Origin: an uncultured Chloroflexia bacterium
Lineage (GTDB): Bacteria > Chloroflexota > Ktedonobacteria > Ktedonobacterales > JADMIN01
Direction of reading: 5' to 3'
Length of the DNA: 32,000 bases
NCBI GenBank assembly: GCA_963718915.1
Contig: CAVRAI010000001.1
Span: forward strand, 30,001 to 62,000
The notes under the pieces were generated by a model. It was given only the letters and a program-made list of their open reading frames with translations. It was not told the DNA's origin and did no database searches. The position numbers and the translations under genes were made by a program. Shown here in pieces: positions 25,116 through 32,000 of this stretch. Position 1 is the first letter of the stretch; each line of letters starts with the position of its first letter.

Positions 25116-25133
25116 ATCAGGTATATACCTGAT
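25116..25133. promoter_or_regulatory. Perfect 18-bp palindrome plus an extra half-site (candidate operator)
   Basis: ATCAGGTATATACCTGAT, with a further ATCAGGTA half-site at 25150-25157. Confidence 0.4.
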
Positions 25134-25351
25134 AGCCTCCCCCCGGCGAATCAGGTACACTTTTAGGTGTGCCAGTAGCAGAACAGCCATCCGATGCGCT
25201 CGCGGGCTGCCTCTTTTTGGCTCGCCGCGCCCGCGCCAGGCATTGGCTGCCGCTCCGATTTTTCTCCGCGCTGCATCCTCGTGCAGTCGCCGTTCGTCTT
25301 GAACAGCAACAGAATACGCGAATCGGCTGGTAGCGGAGAGCGAGAAGGGCG

Positions 25352-25380
25352 TTGCGCGCGCCCGGCGAAACTGGTATGAT
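25352..25380 (+). promoter_or_regulatory. Candidate promoter for the Rieske/cytochrome b operon
   Basis: TTGCGC (25352-25357), 17-nt spacer, extended -10 TGgTATGAT (25372-25380). This would leave a ~230-nt leader. Confidence 0.3.
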
Positions 25381-25611
25381 AGCCTGTGCCTTTCCAGCAT
25401 TGCTGGATATCAGCCGTTATCTGGCTGGTATCTTTGGGCGTTGGCATGGCACGCTCGTCCAAGTCGGACTAAAATAGCGCGAAGTATTGCAATCGTCACA
25501 GGTATTTCGTTATCGTCACCCGGCTGAGTGGGAAGCTCCGTCGAGCCTTTCCGGTTCGGCCCAGCTACTTCATCCTGAAGCCGCGCGCTGGCGCGACCGT
25601 GAGGAGGCAGT

Positions 25612-26439
25612 GTGAGCACAATGAATCGGGGTCTGCTGGATCGGGTCTGGAACTCCGTCACGGAAAGCCAGATCTGGCGGTCCATCTTCCGGCACGGCTA
25701 TCCAGATACCCCCCTCAATCAGTCACTGGTGATGATGGGGAATGTCTTCCTCCACCTGCACCCGGTCAAGGTCAGCCGCAAGGCGATGAAGATCACCTAC
25801 ACCTGGTGTCTGGGGGGGCTCTCCTTCTTCCTCTTTCTGGTTTTGACGATCACGGGCGTCTTTCTGATGTTCTACTTCGTGCCCGAGCAGAGCGTCGCCT
25901 ACTCCGATATCCAGCAGATCAACAGCGCTATTATGTTTGGCCAGCTGGTGCGCAACATGCATCGCTGGGCGGCCCACCTGATGGTGGTGACGGTCACATT
26001 GCACATGATTCGCGTGTTTTACCACGGCGCCTATAAGCCGCCACGCGAGTTCAACTGGGTCATCGGTGTGGTGCTCTTCCTGACAACCCTGCTGCTCAGC
26101 TTCACTGGCTATCTGCTACCCTGGGATCAGATTGGGTACTGGGCGATCACCGTCGGCTCGAACATGGCCAGCTACGCGCCACTGCTTGGCGCGCAGGTCC
26201 ACAACGTCCTCACCGGCCAGCCGGTGGGAGTTGGCCAGCCGACGCTCATTCGCTTCTATACACTGCATGTCATTGGCCTGCCACTTGTCGGCGCGGTGTT
26301 GATGGCAGTTCACTTCTGGCGCATCCGCAAGGATGGTGGAGAAGCGGGTCCGCCGCCGCCGTCGAAGCGCGAGATCGAGGCAGCGCGCGCCGAGCAGGCG
26401 AGGGCCGCGCAGCCGACACACGCAGGCTCACTCAACTAG
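25612..26439 (+). CDS. Cytochrome b, N-terminal four-helix (b6/PetB-like) subunit
   Basis: GQLVRNMHRWAAHLMVVTVTLHMIRVF (heme-ligand His pairs) and SFTGYLLPWDQIGYWA; GAGGAGG upstream. Confidence 0.9.
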   Translation: MSTMNRGLLDRVWNSVTESQIWRSIFRHGYPDTPLNQSLVMMGNVFLHLHPVKVSRKAMKITYTWCLGGLSFFLFLVLTITGVFLMFYFVPEQSVAYSDIQQINSAIMFGQLVRNMHRWAAHLMVVTVTLHMIRVFYHGAYKPPREFNWVIGVVLFLTTLLLSFTGYLLPWDQIGYWAITVGSNMASYAPLLGAQVHNVLTGQPVGVGQPTLIRFYTLHVIGLPLVGAVLMAVHFWRIRKDGGEAGPPPPSKREIEAARAEQARAAQPTHAGSLN

Positions 26440-26505
26440 TCGCGTATCAGCCCGGAGCCGTCTGCCCCACACCGGGTCAGGCGGCACATGCTGAAGGAGA
26501 AACCG

Positions 26506-27069
26506 ATGGCAACAACCGAGCCACGCCCGACTCGCACCGAGAATAGCGCAAATGGGAATGGGGCAGCCGGAGCGACCCAGAAACGGTATCGCACCCTGGC
26601 AGTGGTCAAGCAGGAGTCAGTCACCAGGATTGAGAAACAGCTCGAAGATTCGGTCTTCGTCTGGCCGCATCTACTGGTGCGCGAATTCCTCGCCGCGGTC
26701 ATCATGACGATGGTGCTGACGCTCGTCTCGATCTCCATCAACGCGCCGCTACGCGACCATGCGAACCCGAACCTGACGCCAAACCCGGCAAAGGCGCCAT
26801 GGTATTTCCTGGGTCTGCAAGAGATTCTGCACTACTTCCCGCCGACGGTGGCAGGCGTGCTGATTCCGGGCTTTGTGCTGGTGGGGCTGGCAATCCTGCC
26901 CTATGTTGACCGTAACCCCAGCCGCGCCTTCGAGGATCGCAAGCTCTCCATCGCGCTCTTTACGATTTTCGCGGTCTTCTTTGCCGTCGTGACACTCGCC
27001 GGCAGTTTCTTCCGCGGTTCTGGCTGGCAGTGGATCTGGCCCTGGCAAGGTGTCTTCTTCGACCTGTAA
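26506..27069 (+). CDS. Cytochrome b C-terminal / subunit IV (PetD-like)
   Basis: NPAKAPWYFLGLQEILHYFP (equivalent of the PEWY motif) plus three TM helices. ATG 26506 is preferred (AAGGAG RBS) over 26488. Confidence 0.85.
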   Translation: MATTEPRPTRTENSANGNGAAGATQKRYRTLAVVKQESVTRIEKQLEDSVFVWPHLLVREFLAAVIMTMVLTLVSISINAPLRDHANPNLTPNPAKAPWYFLGLQEILHYFPPTVAGVLIPGFVLVGLAILPYVDRNPSRAFEDRKLSIALFTIFAVFFAVVTLAGSFFRGSGWQWIWPWQGVFFDL

Positions 27070-27163
27070 GCCACTAGTTCACCTGACCCAGGCGCGCATG
27101 CGAGTCGAGCGGTGAGCCGACAAGTCGCATGGGTGTCGGCGCTACGAGACTGGGGATATCGCG

Positions 27164-27868
27164 ATGAGCACTAAGTACGATGATACGACACGGACACCAC
27201 AGGAATATGAGGTGCTGACCGGCGGCGGCGCGGAAGCGGCGCAGGTCGCCAAGCGCGGCATCAGTCGGCGCCAGATGCTGCGTCGCGCCACCGGCCTGAG
27301 CCTCGGCATCGTCGGCGCGGCGGCTGGTCTCGGCTCGCTGATGATGCTCTATCCCAACCTGGAAGGGCAGTTTGGCGCGCCAATCACGCTCAGGAACAAG
27401 GCGGTCTATATCCCCGCCGAGCAGAAGGACATGGCGCTCGATCAGAAGGGCATGTTCTACGAACAGAGCGGGAAGTCCTACATCATGCACCTCAAGTCTG
27501 GCGGCACCACACAGTTCCTCCAGTCTGGCGTCTCGCTGGCCAATTCAATGGAGGCGCAGGACTGGGTCAAAGATGGCGATACCTACTGGCTGGCGCTTTA
27601 TCAGGTCTGCGTGCATCTGGGCTGCAAGGTGCCATTCCGCGACGACTGCAACAGCTTCAAGTGCCCGTGCCATGGCTCCCACTACAACATCGATGGCGAG
27701 TATATCGATGGCCCGGCGCCGCGCAGTCTGGACCGCTTTACGATGACATTTGATAGCAGCGGCAACGTCGTCGTGGATACCGGCAAGCTGAATCAGCACG
27801 TCGAGCGCCCTGATGTGGGGACGCGCGTACTGCGGTTGCCTTATGTGCCGGTCTGTTCGGCGCAGTAA
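27164..27868 (+). CDS. Rieske [2Fe-2S] subunit with Tat signal
   Basis: CVHLGC ... CPCHGSHY cluster boxes. Twin-arginine signal [22 protein letters not shown]. Confidence 0.9.
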   Translation: MSTKYDDTTRTPQEYEVLTGGGAEAAQVAKRGISRRQMLRRATGLSLGIVGAAAGLGSLMMLYPNLEGQFGAPITLRNKAVYIPAEQKDMALDQKGMFYEQSGKSYIMHLKSGGTTQFLQSGVSLANSMEAQDWVKDGDTYWLALYQVCVHLGCKVPFRDDCNSFKCPCHGSHYNIDGEYIDGPAPRSLDRFTMTFDSSGNVVVDTGKLNQHVERPDVGTRVLRLPYVPVCSAQ

Positions 27869-27934
27869 TTCTCTGAAGCGTCGTCAAAGAGTTGTCGAAG
27901 AGTCGTCAGACGCCTAGACATGAGGTCACTATAG

Positions 27935-28954
27935 ATGCAGAATAGTCGTAATCCGGGGCTGTTCGCCATAGCGATTGGGGTCGCGCTGGCGATACTCTTC
28001 GCGCTGCTGGGCCTTACGGGGATACTTGAGGGGCGGTTGGCCTTTGGGCTGGCGGCCATCTGTGTGATCGTGCCGATCCTGCTTTACATCTTCTATTCGC
28101 GTGGCAGCGCCATTACGCGCAGCGGCTATGCGGCACTCATCCTCACACTGGGAATCGGCCTGATCATCCCTCTGCTCATGGTGGGCCAGCAACAGGCGCG
28201 GGCCGACCGGACCGCTGCCCTTTACGATCTGTCCCTCCAACGCGGCGCGGCGCTCTTTGGCCAGTATTGCGCGACCTGCCATGGCTTCCAGGGGCAGGGT
28301 ATCGCCGGGCCAAAGCTCAATAACAATCCCGATGTGAACAAGTTTACCACCGACGACCTGACACGCATCATCTCGGCTGGCATCCCGGCCGATCCGGGAA
28401 ATCCAACAGTGCTGGCTATGCCCTCGTGGAGCAATCGCTACGGCGGCTCGCTCACCGATGATGATATCGCCTATCTGGTGGCGTTTATCCGCTCGTCGGA
28501 TCCGGCTTATCTCAAGCAGAATAATCTGCCCACGACCAATGGCTTCGGCTATGTGCTGGGCACGCTGACGAACCCGACCCAGATCGCCGATTACAATAAT
28601 CAGCTGAAAACGGGCAGCAAACCGCCAGCGAACCAGTTCACCGATATGTCCAGCCAGCAGGCGGTCACGATACCGATTGAAGATACCACGAGTAATCCAT
28701 CGGGCTTCGATTTCACGCCGCCGAACATCATCATCAAGGTGGGTACGACGGTCACGTGGGAAAACAAGACGGCACAGCCGCACAACGTCTTCCCGCGCCA
28801 GGGAAGCACTCCACCGGATGCGACCTTCAAGTCGCCACCGGTCATCAATGCGCAGACAGGTACGTATTCGTTCACGTTTACCAAGGCTGGGGAGTATCCA
28901 TACTACTGCGCCATTCACCCGGCAATGCTGGGATGGGTGTCGGTGGTGGCCTAG
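27935..28954 (+). CDS. Membrane-anchored fusion of a mono-heme cytochrome c and a type-1 copper cupredoxin
   Basis: Three N-terminal TM helices. The heme c site is CATCH, with a distal AMPSW Met. The C-terminal cupredoxin has ligands PHNVF ... YYCAIHPAM (C-x2-H-x2-M, amicyanin-like spacing). Confidence 0.8.
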   Translation: MQNSRNPGLFAIAIGVALAILFALLGLTGILEGRLAFGLAAICVIVPILLYIFYSRGSAITRSGYAALILTLGIGLIIPLLMVGQQQARADRTAALYDLSLQRGAALFGQYCATCHGFQGQGIAGPKLNNNPDVNKFTTDDLTRIISAGIPADPGNPTVLAMPSWSNRYGGSLTDDDIAYLVAFIRSSDPAYLKQNNLPTTNGFGYVLGTLTNPTQIADYNNQLKTGSKPPANQFTDMSSQQAVTIPIEDTTSNPSGFDFTPPNIIIKVGTTVTWENKTAQPHNVFPRQGSTPPDATFKSPPVINAQTGTYSFTFTKAGEYPYYCAIHPAMLGWVSVVA

Positions 28955-29151
28955 AATCACGGCGGCGAGTCGTTCAGTAGTAACATAGCGTGCAGTGCAG
29001 AGCGTATTTCGATATCGCGTGTTGGTGTTGTCTGGTGGGTATCTATCTGGATATCGCTGGGCGAGACCAACACTGCCCGCGAAGGGGATCGCGCGGCGTT
29101 GGGCGCGGACCGGGGCAATCGGGAATCATTTTCTGAAAGGGACTGTGACCC

Positions 29152-31053
29152 ATGCAATTAACGGCGGCGAACTCCGTGCGCGAACACGAAAAGCCGATGT
29201 CCTGGCCGAGGGCAATCGTCATCGCGGTCGGCTTCTTCTTCGTGACGGCTATCCTGCTTGGTCAGATTCCAAGCTTCGTCTTTGTCGTCTCGACCCTCTC
29301 GACCCTGGCACGCATGGAGCAGAGCTTCCTCGCGATGGGTCTGCTGGCGCTCGGCATCGGCCTGATGTGCTTTACGATCTCGTTCCTCTACGACACGAAA
29401 CCGGTGCTCCCGTGGCCGCTCTTCTTCGTGGGCGGCGCGGCGCTGGCGGTTGTCGGCCTCTTTTTCCTCTACCAGGTGCGCGTCGGCATTCATGCGAGCG
29501 GCTTCTTCGGCGCTGGCTGGTCAGAGTATCTCCCCGACAAATTCGTGGATGTCAAGACCGGGACGACGACATTCTGGCCGTCGGATAACCCCGGCTATCT
29601 CTTCCATCCCGCATGGTTCCAGCCACAAAGCATCGACCTCTCGGCCATCGGCATCATCGCGCTCTTGTCTGGCCTCGGCATTGCCTCGGTAGCTGCTCTC
29701 AACCCGCTGGTGCTCTCAGGCAGACTGCTCGGCCCCATGCGCGATCTGCTGGTGCGGCTGAGCATCGGGCTGGCCATCGTGATCGCGGCGCTCTGGCTGA
29801 TGATCAATACCTTCTCCAATATTGTGCCCAACGGTGGCGACCACGCGGGCATCATCAACATGATGCTGTTCGTCGGGCTGATCCTGGCGCTCTTTGGGCT
29901 GGAGGTCTGGCTATTGCCGGTCATGACAGCCAACCGCCAGCAGTTCATGCCCGCCGTCTACCTGCATGGCGTGGTTGGACTGATTGGCATGGTGGCTGTG
30001 CCGCTGCTGATCATCTGGGCGATACTGTATCCCGTCGTGAATCTGATTCATAACCTGGATAGCACCCAGTTCTTCGTGCAGTGCTCGCAGAAGACCGAGA
30101 TTCCTGCCTCCTGCACCTTCACGCCATTCAGTGGCTACATCATCTGCGCCATCGTCTTCACCAACCTGTTCGCAATCCTGGTCGCGGGCCTGTATTTCTG
30201 GAGCACCCGCCGCAACACCGTGATACTCGGCTGCACGATAGCGTTGATCTTTGTAGCCATTGCGCCGCTGGTCATCCACCTGGATCAATTTACGCAGATC
30301 CCGATTGGCATCTTGCTGGCGCTGGGCATTGTCGTGCTGGCGTTCATCTATACCTGGGCGACCCAGCGGGAATTCGCGCCGACCGCCCCGCAGCAACTCG
30401 GCTGCGCCGGGCAGTGGCTGGTGTTGGGGACGCTGTTGCTTTTCTTGATGATGGGCTTCGCGTTCTTCTCGCTGCCAACCTACTACGAGCTGGAATCCGG
30501 CCTGATGTTCTTCTATCAGCCGGGTGCTGGCGGACTGCATGACGCCTGGTGGATGCTGCTGCTGATGGGCGGCCTGGGCCTCTATCAACTGGTCGTGCTG
30601 ATGCGCCGCCGCTACCATCCGATGGGCAACTGGCGTAAGTTTGGCCTCTGGGTCAATGCGATTGCGCTGGCGCTGATGGTGACGGCGGGAATCAACGGCT
30701 TCCACGCGGATGTGCTGCAGAAGGGCATCGACGCGATGGATGGCTCGCACGCCATGTTTGTCACGGCCATCTGTTTCGCGATTGTCGGCATCGCGGCCTG
30801 CGCCATCGCGGCGGTACGCACGCGGTCTATTCCGTGGCTGGTGGCGATTCTGGTGAGCGTGCTCATCGGACTTGCGCTCGCCTTCGTCGCCTACAATCTG
30901 CCGAATCCGTATCCTGAACTGGTCATCTTTGGGTTCGCGCTGACGATGCTGGGCGCGTTCGCCTACACCGCCGCTGGCCCCGACCCGGAGGATGTCTACC
31001 TCAACGGCTACGAGACCAGCGAAGGCGCCGTCACAGCGGCCACACGCTCCTGA
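29152..31053 (+). CDS. Large polytopic integral membrane protein (unknown function)
   Basis: 633 aa, roughly 16-18 hydrophobic helices, no recognised motif. It has the same orientation as the bc-type operon and lies ~200 nt downstream. Confidence 0.6.
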   Translation: MQLTAANSVREHEKPMSWPRAIVIAVGFFFVTAILLGQIPSFVFVVSTLSTLARMEQSFLAMGLLALGIGLMCFTISFLYDTKPVLPWPLFFVGGAALAVVGLFFLYQVRVGIHASGFFGAGWSEYLPDKFVDVKTGTTTFWPSDNPGYLFHPAWFQPQSIDLSAIGIIALLSGLGIASVAALNPLVLSGRLLGPMRDLLVRLSIGLAIVIAALWLMINTFSNIVPNGGDHAGIINMMLFVGLILALFGLEVWLLPVMTANRQQFMPAVYLHGVVGLIGMVAVPLLIIWAILYPVVNLIHNLDSTQFFVQCSQKTEIPASCTFTPFSGYIICAIVFTNLFAILVAGLYFWSTRRNTVILGCTIALIFVAIAPLVIHLDQFTQIPIGILLALGIVVLAFIYTWATQREFAPTAPQQLGCAGQWLVLGTLLLFLMMGFAFFSLPTYYELESGLMFFYQPGAGGLHDAWWMLLLMGGLGLYQLVVLMRRRYHPMGNWRKFGLWVNAIALALMVTAGINGFHADVLQKGIDAMDGSHAMFVTAICFAIVGIAACAIAAVRTRSIPWLVAILVSVLIGLALAFVAYNLPNPYPELVIFGFALTMLGAFAYTAAGPDPEDVYLNGYETSEGAVTAATRS

Positions 31054-31362
31054 GACTGCCGAGTGTAGTGTGCTTCGCAATACGGCCCGTAGCCAGGAAT
31101 GGTTGCGGGCCGCGTTTCATGGAGGCGGCAATCATCTCCCAGCTATGAAATCCCTGGATCGCTTGCTGGTAGGTTGTGTTCACTCGCGCTAAGAGCACGA
31201 ACGTTCAGCTTTGCATCTTGCCGTTTGGTCCATGGCTTTGGAAGATGGCAGGATATTGGCGGCTTGATCTGCTGAGGGTTGTCGGAGCGCACCAACAGCA
31301 ATGAGTGCTATCGCCGCCTCGATAGCGACCAGACTGAGGGAGGCGTTGTGGGACGCGCCTTA

Positions 31363-32000
31363 TCAGACAGGATTACGGAGGCGATTTTCGCGTGTCCGGG
31401 CGTTCACCTTCCAACGTGGCACCCAGACTGATCGGTACCAGACGTAGCATAGGCCGCCGCCGACAAGAAGCACGATGAAGCCGCAGCCCGCCTGGTCGGA
31501 TCCCATAGCCGCAATCCCCCCGATGATGAGCCATAAAGGGAGCAACGCGGCCAGACCCACCAGTATCGCCATGACGAAGGTTGCGCCGACGCTACCATCA
31601 TATCCCTCCGTCATACTCCCCAAAGCTCTCCACGCTGAAAACGGGATATTGAAGGTATGCCCCTCCATTTTCTGGAGATACGCCTCGGATCCCCCAATAG
31701 ACTGGCGCGTTTCCTGGTCCAGATGCTTGACAGCCGATGCGCGACCCAAATACTCGCGCATGCGTTGGATTTCTGCTTCCGATGTTACTGCGTATCCGTC
31801 ATCCGACTTATCCTGTGGCACAGCCTCAGCCAATAGAATCAATATCCGCGCGTAGTAGAAACAGGCCGTCTCGTCATTAGAGTCTGCGCGATAGACGCGC
31901 TCAATGATAGGCAACGCCTGTTGCAGTTGTCCGTTTTCCGCCAAAACACCGCCAGCAGCGAGTTGATACAACGGCTCATCAGGATCCAACGTTGACGCCT
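31363..32000 (-). CDS. TPR-like N-terminal / two-TM C-terminal protein (partial, continues past the window end)
   Basis: The frame is open to nt 32000 (the TTG at 31989 is only the ORF-track start). It has helical-repeat-like LAENGQLQQALPIIERVYRADSNDETACFYYARILILLA and C-terminal TMs (ILVGLAALLPLWLIIGGIAAM, GFIVLLVGGGLCYVWY). Confidence 0.55.
   Translation of the reverse strand, partial: ASTLDPDEPLYQLAAGGVLAENGQLQQALPIIERVYRADSNDETACFYYARILILLAEAVPQDKSDDGYAVTSEAEIQRMREYLGRASAVKHLDQETRQSIGGSEAYLQKMEGHTFNIPFSAWRALGSMTEGYDGSVGATFVMAILVGLAALLPLWLIIGGIAAMGSDQAGCGFIVLLVGGGLCYVWYRSVWVPRWKVNARTRENRLRNPV

Noticed and set aside
27929-28960. 343-aa minus-strand ORF.
   Set aside because: It is antisense to the cytochrome c / cupredoxin gene, which carries CxxCH and copper-ligand motifs. 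It is a shadow ORF.
29911-31080. 389-aa minus-strand ORF.
   Set aside because: It is antisense to the 633-aa membrane protein and has an extreme Arg/His/Gln/Asp-rich composition with no motifs. It is a shadow ORF.
31054-31362. Non-coding gap after the large membrane protein, scanned in all frames for transposase or other gene remnants, with a CGGCCCG/CGGGCCG hairpin at 31083-31112.
   Set aside because: No frame gives recognisable protein motifs. The hairpin has a 16-nt loop and only a weak T-run, so I do not call it a terminator.

Overview
High-GC (about 60-65% by eye) bacterial chromosome segment. It is probably from a monoderm-type lineage such as Chloroflexota; this is inferred from the T-box leader, short archaeal-type AspRS, split b6-type cytochrome b, and DUF4012 and GerMN proteins, and cannot be proven from this window. 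Most of the window is housekeeping: an NYN-domain protein, coaD, an enoyl-CoA hydratase, hutI, tatA/tatC, a rhodanese, a SufU-like scaffold, a PIG-L deacetylase, dps and aspS. There is also a four-gene Rieske/cytochrome b operon followed by a 633-aa polytopic membrane protein. Two stretches look accessory. (1) At 7.6-12.1 kb, a PadR / pentapeptide-repeat / DrrAB-like ABC cassette is bracketed by what look like a relaxase N-terminal remnant and a DDE-transposase remnant. (2) At 20.1-21.4 kb, a visibly AT-richer type II R-M pair combines a BglII/BstYI-like endonuclease with an MT-A70 (DPPW) adenine methyltransferase. The endonuclease's SD-coupled start codon is out of frame with its conserved N-terminus. 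The observations I rate highest are: (a) a T-box riboswitch followed by a 16-codon ORF, MDDDDDTGDANLGEDA, with its own Shine-Dalgarno, both upstream of aspS; (b) a membrane-anchored cytochrome c / amicyanin-like cupredoxin fusion as the fourth gene of the bc-type operon; (c) an 11-bp iteron-like array upstream of the DUF4012 gene; (d) the unusual R-M pairing. No tRNA, rRNA or CRISPR array was found. Many long antisense ORFs in the track are GC-driven shadow ORFs. All family calls come from motif recognition by eye; no database search was run.
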